From: Promethearchaeia archaeon
GTDB lineage: Archaea > Asgardarchaeota > Lokiarchaeia > Sigyniarchaeales > SOKP01
Reading direction: 5' to 3'
Assembly (NCBI GenBank): GCA_029856045.1
Contig: JAHQWG010000039.1
Coordinates: forward strand, 32,001 to 96,000
DNA length: 64,000 nt
Shown here piece after piece: positions 19,907 through 30,634 of the stretch. The notes under the pieces are model-generated. The model did no database searches. It saw only the letters and a program-made list of their open reading frames with translations, and was not told the DNA's origin. The first letter of the stretch is position 1. Every line of letters begins with the position of its first letter. The position numbers and the translations under genes are program-made.

Positions 19907-21058
19907 TTATCTTATTTTGAATTTTAATTTTTCTTCGATAATTGCAATCTCTTTTGAATAAGAACTTAGTCTTTCGTCCAAATATTCGATGATCTTTCTT
20001 TCGGCGGTATCTAAATAATCATAATAAGGGCGAATGACTTCCAATTTTTCATTGAATCTATCTTTAATCTTTCCTAACCATTCTTTTGGTTTCAGTAATT
20101 TCTTCTCGAATTCGCCTTGAATTTTTTTCTTTGCTTCCTCAAATTTCTTTTTAGCTTCAGATTTAGTAGATGTTTTATCTTTTAGGATTTTTTTCAATTT
20201 TCGTTTTGATTTTACTACTTCTTTCTCTAATTTTTCTCTATAATGCGGAACACGATATTTTTTTTCTAGGAATTTTGGATTCCATTCATACAGATAACGA
20301 TCTGCCTCCTCTTCAGCTAGTTCTTCTGAGGTTGTAATTTTTTTGTCTCTTTTTGCAACTAGGATTAATCCAAAATTTCTTTGTAATTGAGCCATCAATC
20401 TTTTTCGTAATATATTATGAATATATTGCAATATTTCTTTAATTTCTTTAAATTTTGGAAGTATTTCCTTAGCTTCATTATTAGCGTTATTTATTGCTTG
20501 ATCAACAGGAACATCAAATTTTAATTCTGCAAATGCATATTTTGAATAAATACCACGAGATGTATCAACAAGTCGTAAACCTTTAATTCCAGAAACATTA
20601 ATAGTGTGCTCTGTATGGTCATAAATAAGTCCTATGGCATATGGATTTGGACCTTGATATCCTAGTTGCGTTGAAGTATCAACTCTGGAGAAAAACCAGC
20701 CAAAGCCTGGATGCGTATGCCACCACCCTATAATAAAATCATCACTTTGTTCATTTAGGAATCTTTCATAAAGAGTTTCATCGATCTGAGCCATATCTGC
20801 ATATTGTTTTGTTTCAAATTTAACACCTGCACGACCACCAATGACCATCGGAATTGCATCCGAAATATAACAGATATTATCATTCTTAATATGTCCAATT
20901 AGAATTCCATATGCCTCTCTCCAATTTTTTGGCCTTATATCATTATTTGCATATCTCAAGGCGTATACTACAATTCTCCTATATGCTTTCATTGAGATAA
21001 TGCAAGGAGATTCTGGATCAACTTTTTTTGATGAAAAATTAATATATTTTCTTACCAT
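19907..21058 (-). CDS. MPN+/JAMM metalloprotease (Rpn11/CSN5-like) with C-terminal coiled coil
   Basis: REAYGILIG, IIGWWHTHPGFGWFFSRVD (E...HxH-x7-S-x2-D); K/E-rich helical C-terminus. Confidence 0.88.
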   Translation of the reverse strand: MVRKYINFSSKKVDPESPCIISMKAYRRIVVYALRYANNDIRPKNWREAYGILIGHIKNDNICYISDAIPMVIGGRAGVKFETKQYADMAQIDETLYERFLNEQSDDFIIGWWHTHPGFGWFFSRVDTSTQLGYQGPNPYAIGLIYDHTEHTINVSGIKGLRLVDTSRGIYSKYAFAELKFDVPVDQAINNANNEAKEILPKFKEIKEILQYIHNILRKRLMAQLQRNFGLILVAKRDKKITTSEELAEEEADRYLYEWNPKFLEKKYRVPHYREKLEKEVVKSKRKLKKILKDKTSTKSEAKKKFEEAKKKIQGEFEKKLLKPKEWLGKIKDRFNEKLEVIRPYYDYLDTAERKIIEYLDERLSSYSKEIAIIEEKLKFKIR

Positions 21059-21196
21059 AATTTAGAATATCAAATTTTATAAGAGCAGACAATTCATGAA
21101 TTTTTTATATAGTATAATAAATCAAAAAAAATTATTAAAAACCTTCTTTATTAAATAACTTATTATTAATAAAAACGATAATTTCTCTCTTCAATC

Positions 21197-21775
21197 ATGA
21201 CGCAACCAATTATGAAGAATAAAATTGTTATTGGTTTTGTTGGATTAGCCGGAGCCGGTAAATCATCAGCTCTTGAAGGGATAAAATCCATAGGAACAAT
21301 AATTACAATGGGAGATGTAATAAGAAAAGAGGCAGAACTGAGAGATATACCTCGTACTTCTGAAAATCTTGGAATGATTGCAAAAGAATTGAGAAAAAAA
21401 TATGGGAATAATATTATCGCAAAAAAAAGTGTTGAGCTCATAAAAGAAAACCCATCTAATATAATTGTGGTAGATGGATTACGCTCAATGAACGAAGTGA
21501 ATATTTTTCGCGAGTTTTGGAAATTCCCAATAATATCTATTATTATCGATGAAGAGATTAGGATTAAACGCCTATTAGAAAGGAGAAGAGAAGATGATTC
21601 AATAAAAATAGAGGATATTAAAGAACGAGATGAGAGAGAAATTGAATTTGGCTTGAAAGAAGTTATAGAGAATTCAGATTATAAAATTAATAACAATTCA
21701 ACAATTACAGATTTACAAGAAAAAACACGAAAAATTATTTTTTCAATAATTAAGAAATCATCTAATTTATTCTAA
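21197..21775 (+). CDS. UPF0200 / archaeal dephospho-CoA-kinase-like P-loop NTPase
   Basis: GLAGAGKS, MGDVIR, VDGLRSMNE, RDEREIEFG. Confidence 0.85.
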   Translation: MTQPIMKNKIVIGFVGLAGAGKSSALEGIKSIGTIITMGDVIRKEAELRDIPRTSENLGMIAKELRKKYGNNIIAKKSVELIKENPSNIIVVDGLRSMNEVNIFREFWKFPIISIIIDEEIRIKRLLERRREDDSIKIEDIKERDEREIEFGLKEVIENSDYKINNNSTITDLQEKTRKIIFSIIKKSSNLF

Positions 21776-22678
21776 TTGTTTTGCAATAAGTTTAGCAATA
21801 CTTACTTTACTCACAGGAGTATCAATAGAATCTGTTCCAATGATCTCATCGGCTCCTGCATTCAATATACGGTAGGCTGCATTTTCTAATAATAAAGCAT
21901 GGGTTCCCACTGCTAATATTTTATTTGCACCACATTTTTTAGAAATTTTAATTGCATTAGCCATAGTGCCTCCTGTCGCTATTATGTCATCTGAAATAAT
22001 TACATCATGTCCTGATAAATCTATATCAGCATACATTTCTATTTCTCCAGTTCTCACATCTCGTTCTTTTGAGAATAACTTTACAGGAATATTTTCTCCT
22101 AAATGTGCTGCAAATTGTTCTGAGCGGGCTACAGCACCCTTATCTGGTGCAATAACAATTGCATTTTTCAGATTCAATGTTTTCACGTAATTGGCAATTT
22201 CGGTCATTGGATCAAGATTTTTTGCGGGAATCGAGAAATCATTTAATATATCAGGTGCATGAACATCTACAGTATAAAATTTATCAATACCTAACGAGTC
22301 AATCATTTTCACGATTACACTAGCAAATCTAGTTTCTCCCGGTCTAAAGATTTTATCTTGGCGTCCGTAAGCTAGGTACGGAACTACTACTGTTAAATTC
22401 TGAGGATTCATTCTCTTCGCTGCAGAAATCATCATGAATAATTCTATAATCCTTGCATTTTGATTCTCCTTAATGCTCGCTCCTGTAGTTTGGATAATAA
22501 TAATATCATTTCCTTCGATTAGGGACTCATCATCAATATTTAGTCTAAGGTAATTTTCTCCGTCTGGGAATTTCTTCGTTTCTGTTGTTATAGTTTCAAT
22601 ATTGAGCAGCTTTGCAATTCTCATTCCTAACAACTGAGATGAAGGACCTATAATCAGATATTTACCCATTTTTTTCAC
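21767..22678 (-). CDS. prs: Ribose-phosphate pyrophosphokinase
   Basis: KFPDGE, VPYLAYGRQDK, VDVH, APDKGA, DDIIATGGT. Confidence 0.97.
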   Translation of the reverse strand: MKKMGKYLIIGPSSQLLGMRIAKLLNIETITTETKKFPDGENYLRLNIDDESLIEGNDIIIIQTTGASIKENQNARIIELFMMISAAKRMNPQNLTVVVPYLAYGRQDKIFRPGETRFASVIVKMIDSLGIDKFYTVDVHAPDILNDFSIPAKNLDPMTEIANYVKTLNLKNAIVIAPDKGAVARSEQFAAHLGENIPVKLFSKERDVRTGEIEMYADIDLSGHDVIISDDIIATGGTMANAIKISKKCGANKILAVGTHALLLENAAYRILNAGADEIIGTDSIDTPVSKVSIAKLIAKQLE

Positions 22679-22719
22679 CTATATTATATTTTGCAGATGT
22701 TCATATTAAAATTATTTTT

Positions 22720-23436
22720 TTATAACTTTTTTAGAAATTTTAGTATCTCTTGAAATAGATTTTCTCTATTTCCTTTAAATGAATGCCCACCTGTCTCATA
22801 AATAAATACATTTTCATCATTTAATCCTAATTGCTCCTTAATCTTAGAAAGATTTTCAAAGGGAATTCTATCATCATCTTTGCATTGGGCGATTAGAATT
22901 CTATTATTATTTGAAGGATCCTTATTAAGATAGAATTTTGGACTTACATTTTTAATTACTTCTTCACCAAAATTTATTTTACTCTGACCAACTGTAGCAT
23001 AATCGTATCTTGTACATAAAGCAATAAGAATTTTTGCCCGAACATCTTTAAAACCTTGAGTTAGTATAATAGCTCCTCCATAACTTCTCCCAAAAAGTGC
23101 AATTTTTTTATCCAAAATTCGATTTTTCTGATTATCTAAAATCCAACTGATTATCTCTGGAAGAAAAAAAAAGATTTTATCAAAAAACTTAATCCAATTT
23201 CTCCCAGTTTGTTTTCCCGGTAATAAATCATAAGCTAATACATAATATCCAACCTTAGCAAATTTTTCGGTAAATGTTTTTACAAATTTACCATTTCGAT
23301 CTTCCATAAACGCAGGAATATTAATTATCCATGGAGCCTTTTCGGGAGTATCATTTGTATAATAAATAGATCCATTCAAAAAGATTTTTCCATCATCTAC
23401 TGGAATTGAAATATTTTCTGTTAAAATGTCTTCCAT
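22720..23436 (-). CDS. Alpha/beta hydrolase
   Basis: GRSYGG nucleophile elbow, DDRIP, GGHSF catalytic-triad pattern. Confidence 0.85.
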   Translation of the reverse strand: MEDILTENISIPVDDGKIFLNGSIYYTNDTPEKAPWIINIPAFMEDRNGKFVKTFTEKFAKVGYYVLAYDLLPGKQTGRNWIKFFDKIFFFLPEIISWILDNQKNRILDKKIALFGRSYGGAIILTQGFKDVRAKILIALCTRYDYATVGQSKINFGEEVIKNVSPKFYLNKDPSNNNRILIAQCKDDDRIPFENLSKIKEQLGLNDENVFIYETGGHSFKGNRENLFQEILKFLKKL

Positions 23437-23447
23437 ATTTTCTACCT

Positions 23448-23720
23448 CTATTGTAAATGCTTCAATACATGTTTCTCTAACGCACCAAAAGATTCCTTAT
23501 CAATTTGATATTTTTTGATAATATGGATAATTTTTTCATTAAGTAGATTATGTTCCGATTTACACGAACTTGATTCTAAAAATTCACTTCCATGAAGTAT
23601 ACCTACGGTATTTTCAGTAATTCGGATAAGCTCCGTTGCGATTATGCTATTAATAAAGATTAAATCTTCCAATCTATTTAGAATCTCTTTATTTTCATTC
23701 ATACCTTTAGTAATATGCAT
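23448..23720 (-). CDS. Hypothetical protein
   Basis: Clean ORF, apparently co-transcribed with the hydrolase (GAGGT SD-like sequence between them). Confidence 0.6.
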   Translation of the reverse strand: MHITKGMNENKEILNRLEDLIFINSIIATELIRITENTVGILHGSEFLESSSCKSEHNLLNEKIIHIIKKYQIDKESFGALEKHVLKHLQ

Positions 23721-23918
23721 TTTTTTTTAAATCAATCCATTTTTTAAAGCATATTATCATATTTGAACAAATTAATTCAATTTAGAAATGTAAATACAAA
23801 CCTTTAAATATCTAATTTACCAGTTGCTGACCTTTAAATACTTTCTATTAACATTGTATAATAAAAATTTTAATAATACAAAAATAAAAAAAAACAAGGA
23901 GGTAAAAGAAAAAAAACT

Positions 23919-24131
23919 ATGTCTGCAGTTCCTGCTTTAACTGCCGCTGCTAGAAGGCGAAAGGCTAGAAGACGATGTCCCTATTGTGGCAATCATTTAG
24001 AAATATTTACCAGATATTGCAATGAATGTGGTCATGAAGTGCCAAGACCTTCAAAACGTGCAATTTATTTATTAGCTACGCTTGTTGCTATAACAGCTTT
24101 CTCAGTATTCATTATCATACAATTTATTTAG
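23919..24131 (+). CDS. Small zinc-ribbon protein with C-terminal membrane anchor
   Basis: CPYCG...CNECG, Arg-rich N-terminus, terminal hydrophobic helix; GGAGGT upstream. Confidence 0.75.
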   Translation: MSAVPALTAAARRRKARRRCPYCGNHLEIFTRYCNECGHEVPRPSKRAIYLLATLVAITAFSVFIIIQFI

Positions 24132-24242
24132 TAATATAATGGGATATATCGAACCTTGAAAAATAATATAATTATTTAATTAATCAAATTAAAAATAGAT
24201 AAAATCTTAGAAAATTAACATAAATAAAAAATTTATAATATT

Positions 24243-24257
24243 CGAAACCTTTAAATA
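24243..24257 (+). promoter_or_regulatory. BRE-TATA promoter (CGAAACC-TTTAAATA) of the ABC operon
   Basis: Matches archaeal BRE/TATA. Related ACCTTTAAATA copies occur at ~23800 and ~23830, upstream of the Zn-ribbon gene. Confidence 0.55.
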
Positions 24258-24350
24258 TGTAATTATATTTTAATTAAATTAAGTAAATGTAAAGTAAATT
24301 TAACATTTAAAAACTTTTTTACATAAAAAGAATAAAAAAGGAAAAAAAAA

Positions 24351-25166
24351 TTGCCGGATAAAAATATAATTGTAGTTCAAAATTTAAAAAAGTTTTTTGG
24401 AGATGTAAAAGCAGTAAATGGGATCTCCTTTGAAGTTCGTGCAGGGGAAGTCTTTGGTCTTTTAGGACCAAATGGTGCAGGAAAAACTACTACTATTAAA
24501 CTTCTCATGGGATTGCTCGAGCCCGAGCCTAATGGGGAGGAGATGTCTGTTTTTGGTTTAAATCCAGAACAAAATGAGGTGGAAATTAAACGTCGTATTG
24601 GATATGTGTCGGAAGAGCCTCTTATATTTAAATCTTTAACACCACGAAATTTATTTAATTTTATTGCTTCAATTAGGGGTTTAGATGAGGGAGAAACTAC
24701 AGAACGTGCAAGAGAATATTTGGAAAGTTTGGAAGCACTCGAATATTATGAACATCTTATTGCCACTTTATCACATGGAAATAAACAAAAAATGCAAATT
24801 ATTGCTGCGATTCTACATGACCCAGATTTACTTATTATGGATGAACCTCTTGCAGGTCTCGACGCAAAATCTGTTAGAGTAGTCAAGGAAATATTGGAAT
24901 TACATACTCAACAAGGTGGTTCAGTTCTTTTTTCTACCCACATTATGGAAGTTGCACAAGAATTATGTGATAGGATTGGAATATTAAATAAAGGTAAATT
25001 GGTAGGAATCGGTACAATTGAGGAGTTAAGACATCAAGCTAATAAATTAGGTGAAAATTTAGAAGATGTGTTTTTACGCCTTACTGAACAAGATACATCA
25101 GTTGAGGAGATTGTAAAAAAATTACATAAATCATATAAAAAGAGAATAAAGGAAGAAATGATTTAA
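24351..25166 (+). CDS. ABC transporter ATP-binding protein (ABC-2/export type)
   Basis: GPNGAGKTT, LSHGNKQK, IMDEP, STH. Confidence 0.95.
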   Translation: MPDKNIIVVQNLKKFFGDVKAVNGISFEVRAGEVFGLLGPNGAGKTTTIKLLMGLLEPEPNGEEMSVFGLNPEQNEVEIKRRIGYVSEEPLIFKSLTPRNLFNFIASIRGLDEGETTERAREYLESLEALEYYEHLIATLSHGNKQKMQIIAAILHDPDLLIMDEPLAGLDAKSVRVVKEILELHTQQGGSVLFSTHIMEVAQELCDRIGILNKGKLVGIGTIEELRHQANKLGENLEDVFLRLTEQDTSVEEIVKKLHKSYKKRIKEEMI

Positions 25167-25167
25167 T

Positions 25168-26919
25168 ATGGAAGAGCAAAAATTCAAATCTTACTCACTT
25201 TCAAAATACACTAACTACGAGATATTTCTTGAATCTCAGATTCAATCTGCCGGAGCTCATCAAGCTCGATTTTTAGAAAAACTCGAAAAAAATGCAAATT
25301 ACATTAGAAATGTATCAATGATGATGAAAGTTATTTACTCATTCCTCTTTGTTTTTTTACCCGTCTTACCATTAGTTACTTATTTGCAACTTGTGGATTA
25401 CCTTTATAGCAGAACATACACGATAGGAACCATATTATTTGTTGCTAGTTTTCTTTTTGGGATCTTTTTTGCGATGGTAATCATGTATCTTATTGTCTTA
25501 GGTATGTTGCCAATCAGCTCTTTAATGACAGGTAATGCTTTCAAATGGTTGCAAACTTTACCTATCCCAAAAAAAAATTTAAAAAAGTTAGGTTTTATGA
25601 CCATTTTTCGTTCTTTGAACATCCCACTTATTGTTTTGGGTGCTGCTTTTCCTATTATTATGCTTATTGGAACACAGAATATTTTGCTCTTCTTTATCTG
25701 CATTGCCACATCGATTCTCAATTTGATTTTTAGCTTTAGCGTGCTTGTTATTATTTCGGAACGCTTAAGTCGTATTTTGAATAATCCTAACCGCCAATCT
25801 AAAAAAGCAAGTTTAGCCAGAATTTTAAGTATGACTGGTTATATGATTATCGCTATGGGATCTGGATTCATTCTGTCATGGGGTATCAGCGCTATTGATG
25901 ACCTTCTTATCATTTTTGCCACATTTGAGCATTCTAATATATTAAATTTTATTTTAAGCTTAATCCCTTATCCATTTGCCCCAGGTTACTTAATATCATT
26001 GATTACCGCTCCAGATCAAATACCTATAGGACTATTATTTACTACTATTATTGGTGTCGTGATATTTATCTTTATAACATGGGGAGCTTATAAGGTTGCC
26101 ATTCGAAATCTAATAAGCGCAACATCTGCAGAACCTGAAGGAATTAAAGCTGGAGAACTTTTTATTCTCCCTGAAGAAGAAATCCAAGTTGAGATTAAAA
26201 CAAAATCTCCTCTTAAGTCATATATCCAAAAAGATCTGATTTCAGCATCTCGTGATTTTCAGACATTAATTTTTTTAATTATGCCAATTATAATTCCACT
26301 TATAATGATTTTTTCGATTGTTGGCCCATTTGGGAGTGATTTATCATCACCAACGGGTATAATGATAACTTGGTCGATAGTATTGATTTTCTCTATAATT
26401 GTACCTGCGATGTTAATATCGGGTCTTCTCAATATGGAAGAGTCTGGTGCAACCACACTAGCATCATTACCAGTTATTCCTCGAGATCAAGCGAAAGCTA
26501 AATTGATATTAATGTCAGTAATTCAATTAATATCATTTACTATACTTACAGTAGTGCTTACAATAATTACAAATTCGATATTATTATTGGTATTGTTTTT
26601 AGCTACAATTCCGATTGTTTGGGTTTTCTTATTTTTGATGTTCGAGATGAAGATACGATTATTTGGTAAAATGAAATACAAATATGTCATTGAAGAATTA
26701 AACAAAGAACATAAAGTAGGAAAGTGGTTTTTAATGCTTCTCATCCAAATCGTTCTGTATTTTGTGTTTTCAATTTTGAGTTTTACTTTATTTAATATAT
26801 TTGGAATAGAAGGTACGACACTTGGATTATTTATTATTGGAATCATGGGATTTATGAGTTTGGTTTTTTTGTTCACCAAAATGTTTCCAAAAATCGGGAA
26901 AATAGATTTAAAAAAATAA
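25168..26919 (+). CDS. ABC-2-type permease
   Basis: About 12-14 TM helices, two-fold internal repeat (LQTLPIP / LASLPV), translationally coupled to the ATPase. Confidence 0.8.
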   Translation: MEEQKFKSYSLSKYTNYEIFLESQIQSAGAHQARFLEKLEKNANYIRNVSMMMKVIYSFLFVFLPVLPLVTYLQLVDYLYSRTYTIGTILFVASFLFGIFFAMVIMYLIVLGMLPISSLMTGNAFKWLQTLPIPKKNLKKLGFMTIFRSLNIPLIVLGAAFPIIMLIGTQNILLFFICIATSILNLIFSFSVLVIISERLSRILNNPNRQSKKASLARILSMTGYMIIAMGSGFILSWGISAIDDLLIIFATFEHSNILNFILSLIPYPFAPGYLISLITAPDQIPIGLLFTTIIGVVIFIFITWGAYKVAIRNLISATSAEPEGIKAGELFILPEEEIQVEIKTKSPLKSYIQKDLISASRDFQTLIFLIMPIIIPLIMIFSIVGPFGSDLSSPTGIMITWSIVLIFSIIVPAMLISGLLNMEESGATTLASLPVIPRDQAKAKLILMSVIQLISFTILTVVLTIITNSILLLVLFLATIPIVWVFLFLMFEMKIRLFGKMKYKYVIEELNKEHKVGKWFLMLLIQIVLYFVFSILSFTLFNIFGIEGTTLGLFIIGIMGFMSLVFLFTKMFPKIGKIDLKK

Positions 26920-26975
26920 TAATATAATTAATTCTTGTATTTCTTTTTTTATATATTTAATCTGCTAGATTCTTT

Positions 26976-27002
26976 TAATAGTGATGGAAACATCCACTAT
27001 TA
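26976..27002. terminator. GAAA-tetraloop hairpin between convergent genes
   Basis: TAATAGTGATG-GAAA-CATCCACTATTA, 11-bp stem with one bulge. Confidence 0.4.
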
Positions 27003-27215
27003 TTGCAAATTGAATTGGTTTTAAGTATATTTTATAAAATTAAGCTTTTAATTGAATAATCTTTTCAATTTTCGAAATTATTCCATTAATTCCAATATCT
27101 TTACTAAATACATCCATTAAATCTAAATCAATATCATAATTAGAAAGATAGTCAATTTCTAAGCCGGTTATTAATATATCTTGAATTTTTACACTTTTTT
27201 TATATAAATATTGCC

Positions 27216-28439
27216 TTAAATCCTTTCAATGATTGTAGCAACCCCTTGTCCTCCACCCACACATGCCGTAGCGAGACCAAGGTTCCCTTCTTCAAATTGT
27301 AGAATCCTTGCAAGAGTTCCGATTAATCGCACACCCGTCATTCCCAATGGGTGTCCAAGAGCAATAGCTCCACCTTTCACGTTTATTTTTTCATGTGGAA
27401 TACCCAGCATTTTCTTTGCATATAATGGAACAATTGCAAATGCTTCGTTGATTTCCCAAAAATCGATATCCTCAACCCGTAATCCAGCGCGAGTAAGAGC
27501 TTTTTTACTTGCAGGAACAGGACCTTGTCCCATAACACTGGGATTAACACCTGCCCATGCCATCGCCTTAATTTTTGCTAGGGGTTTGATTTCGAGCTCG
27601 TCAGCACGAGACAATGATATAAGGACACAACATCCTGCCCCTGTATTCAATGGAGATGAATTTCCTGGGGTAATTTGAGCATTCCTTTCAATTCCTTCTG
27701 AAACAAGACGGAGTTTTTTCATAGTTTCCATATTGGATCCTTCTCGCATTGATTGGTCATATTTGATTATTTTTTTAGTACCATCTGGGAGAGTTATTTC
27801 GATAGGAAGGATTTCTCCGTCAAAAAATCCATCTTTTCGCGCCTTGACAGCTCTATTATGGGAAGTAAGACTCCAATAATCCATATCCTCCCGAGTTATA
27901 TCAAGATTCTGTTCCCATAATTTTTGTGCCGTCTGAACCATTGAGTATCCGGTTTTTAAATCGTATTTTGTATGGTTTGGATAGATTTTTTCATCGGTTA
28001 ATTCATAATGCCGGGCAGTTAAATCAGTTCCACGGGGAATTCTTGTCATATGTTCCATGCCACTTGCAATAACTATTTCTGAGTTACCTGTTGCGATCTC
28101 CATTGCCCCGATATGAATACTTGTCATACTTGATGCGCATTGTCTATCAATACCCATAGCAGCGACCGTTTCAGGTAATTCTGCTAAAAAAACAGTATGG
28201 CGTCCTCCATAAAGAAAGTTTTCTTTTACTTGATTAGCACAACCTGTGATAACTTCATCAATTTCGGCTGGATCGAATTTTGCTCTTGCGATTATTTCTT
28301 TAATTACTAAGGATAGTAATTTATCAGCTGGAATTTTATAAAAAACATCTCGCTCTGGTTGGTTGGGACGACTTCTAGACATTGGGGTACGTAAATAATC
28401 CACAATAACAACTTCTCTTAATTCTGGCATTTTTATCAT
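27216..28439 (-). CDS. Acetyl-CoA C-acyltransferase (thiolase)
   Basis: DRQCASS, EINEAF, GHPLG, CVGGGQG. Confidence 0.96.
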   Translation of the reverse strand: MIKMPELREVVIVDYLRTPMSRSRPNQPERDVFYKIPADKLLSLVIKEIIARAKFDPAEIDEVITGCANQVKENFLYGGRHTVFLAELPETVAAMGIDRQCASSMTSIHIGAMEIATGNSEIVIASGMEHMTRIPRGTDLTARHYELTDEKIYPNHTKYDLKTGYSMVQTAQKLWEQNLDITREDMDYWSLTSHNRAVKARKDGFFDGEILPIEITLPDGTKKIIKYDQSMREGSNMETMKKLRLVSEGIERNAQITPGNSSPLNTGAGCCVLISLSRADELEIKPLAKIKAMAWAGVNPSVMGQGPVPASKKALTRAGLRVEDIDFWEINEAFAIVPLYAKKMLGIPHEKINVKGGAIALGHPLGMTGVRLIGTLARILQFEEGNLGLATACVGGGQGVATIIERI

Positions 28440-28449
28440 TTAAACGATA

Positions 28450-29247
28450 TTATTTTCCAATAAAAAAGGGTTCCTTTTTTTCGTTTAATGCAAATACACC
28501 AATTTTATAATCTTCTGATTCAGCTGATTTTATTTGCATTTGTCTTTCATTTTCAAGATGTTCTTCAAGTGGTGTGCTAAGTGCTTCAAAAAATAATTTT
28601 TTAGTTCTTGCATAGGTTAAGGTTGGTCCTTTAGCAAATCTTTGAGCCCAATTTAGTGAAGCCTCTTCTAATTTTTCTGCAGGGACAATTTCATTAATAA
28701 ATCCAAGTTTTTTCATTTGTTCTGCAGAATAAGTATCTCCAAAAAAAGACACTTGTACAGCTTGTTGCCAAGGGATTTGGCGACTTAATAAGATTGTTCC
28801 AGCAAATCCAGGAATTAAAGCAAGTTTACAAAAGGATTGTCTAAATTTTGCATATTCTGAAGCAATTATAATATCACATGAAAGCGCAAGGTTCATCCCT
28901 GCTCCAACAGCCCATCCATTTACGGCTGCTATAACTGGTTTTGGATAAAGGCGCAAAATTAATGCAATTTTGTAAAGATCTCTTGTTAAATCATCCATTA
29001 ATTGACCTGGTGTTCCATTTTCAATACTTAACTTAAATTGTTTTATATCTCCGCCTGCTGAAAAAGCCTTTCCTGAGCCAGTAATTATTACACATCTTAT
29101 ATCACTATTGTCTCGAAGAGATTCTAAAACATCTAATAATTTTTTTCCCGTATCTTTATTTAATGGATTGGAATTCTCTGGATCAATGAATTTTATCGTT
29201 GCGATATTATCTTTGATTACTAATTTAATTTTTTCTTTCATCATCAA
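28450..29247 (-). CDS. Enoyl-CoA hydratase/isomerase family protein
   Basis: AFSAGGDI, AAVNGWAVGAG, LALSCDI. Confidence 0.93.
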   Translation of the reverse strand: MMMKEKIKLVIKDNIATIKFIDPENSNPLNKDTGKKLLDVLESLRDNSDIRCVIITGSGKAFSAGGDIKQFKLSIENGTPGQLMDDLTRDLYKIALILRLYPKPVIAAVNGWAVGAGMNLALSCDIIIASEYAKFRQSFCKLALIPGFAGTILLSRQIPWQQAVQVSFFGDTYSAEQMKKLGFINEIVPAEKLEEASLNWAQRFAKGPTLTYARTKKLFFEALSTPLEEHLENERQMQIKSAESEDYKIGVFALNEKKEPFFIGK

Positions 29248-29262
29248 TCTCCTTTTTTTTAT

Positions 29263-30483
29263 TTATTTGCCCCACATTCTAACCATTTCTCTTGAAATAA
29301 GGTATCTCATAATTTCTACAGTACCAGCTGATATTTGTCCAACTTTTGCATCTCGATAATAGCGTTCTAATGGATATTCTTCAGTGTATCCAAGTCCACC
29401 AACAACCTGTATGGCTTCTTGAGTAATTTTAACTGCATCATCTGCAGTTCGGGCCTTAATTGCAGCTACTGAAGCTCTACAATAATGACCATCATCAAGC
29501 ATTCTGGCAATTTGAATTACAGCCATTCTATTTATCTCTATAGACATAAACATTTCACTAAGTTTAAATGAAATCCCCTCAAATGAATAAAGAGGTTTTC
29601 TAAATTGCACACGTCTATGTGCGTATTTGTATGCCACTTCAAATGCACTTCTTGAGATGCCGATATATTGAGACGCAGTAAAAGTTCGTTCCCCATCAAG
29701 ACCAAAAAGCAATACATCTAATCCCGCATTTTCTTTATGAAGCACATTTTCAACTGACACCTTACAATTATTAAATCGCAGATGTGAATTAGGCATTCCT
29801 CTGCGTCCCAGATGTTTATAATCTTTGATAACTTCAAAACCAGGAGTATCAGTTTCAAATATAAATGCTGTAATACCTTGATGAGGTCTTACTTTATCAT
29901 TTGTTATTGCATATAAGCAAATATAATCAGCCACACTGCCATTTGTTATGAAACACTTCTCTCCATTGAGGATATAATGATCCCCTTCTCTTTTAGCTTT
30001 TAATTTCATTCCACCAATTGCATCAGATCCCCCTGTAGGTTCTGTTACACCTATCGCACCAATTTTTGTGCCATCAGCAATTCCTGAAAGAAATTTCTTC
30101 TTTTGCTCTGGAGTTCCAAATTCTATAACAGGACCAGCAAATAAACATGAAGATGCTCCAAATGTACTTGCTAAAGCATAATTGAAAGCAGTTAATTCTT
30201 CACCAAAAATAGTACGATATAAAACCCCTTTACCAAGACCTCCAGCCTCTTCTGGGATAATTATATTTAAATAAGGCTTCATTTTTCGTAAAGTTTCAAC
30301 TACAAGCTCATAATTTCTCTCCCTATCAATTTTTTCTACAACAGGTTCAACATTTTCTTTACACCACTTGCGTACTTCCATCCGGAAATTATTTTCTTCA
30401 TTGGAATAATAGTGCAGAGTTTTAGGCATACAAGAATATCCATATTCCAAATTCAAATCTTCAAAATGAACATGTCCTTCCAT
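29263..30483 (-). CDS. Acyl-CoA dehydrogenase
   Basis: TEPTGGSD, LNGEKCFITNG, GGLGY, RYYRDAK. Confidence 0.95.
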   Translation of the reverse strand: MEGHVHFEDLNLEYGYSCMPKTLHYYSNEENNFRMEVRKWCKENVEPVVEKIDRERNYELVVETLRKMKPYLNIIIPEEAGGLGKGVLYRTIFGEELTAFNYALASTFGASSCLFAGPVIEFGTPEQKKKFLSGIADGTKIGAIGVTEPTGGSDAIGGMKLKAKREGDHYILNGEKCFITNGSVADYICLYAITNDKVRPHQGITAFIFETDTPGFEVIKDYKHLGRRGMPNSHLRFNNCKVSVENVLHKENAGLDVLLFGLDGERTFTASQYIGISRSAFEVAYKYAHRRVQFRKPLYSFEGISFKLSEMFMSIEINRMAVIQIARMLDDGHYCRASVAAIKARTADDAVKITQEAIQVVGGLGYTEEYPLERYYRDAKVGQISAGTVEIMRYLISREMVRMWGK

Positions 30484-30634
30484 TTACATCACAATTAAAA
30501 TAGTACGATTTATTGAATTAGTAAATTATTAATTCGTTTAAAGGATATTTAAATTGTAATTCTTTAACATTTTTCTTACTTTTAAAAATATCTATAGAAA
30601 GGATTTAAAGTGTGAAAAAGTTTTTATAAAATTT

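Noticed and set aside
26976-27002. SECIS element
   Set aside because: The hairpin lacks the AUGA...GA core and apical AAR geometry, and no in-frame TGA selenoprotein candidate was seen nearby.
27040-27192. Open minus-strand frame VKIQDILITGLEIDYLSNYDIDLDLMDVFSKDIGINGIISKIEKIIQLKA, a possible remnant of a B12-binding or receiver-like domain
   Set aside because: No suitable start codon, and the similarity is too vague to support.
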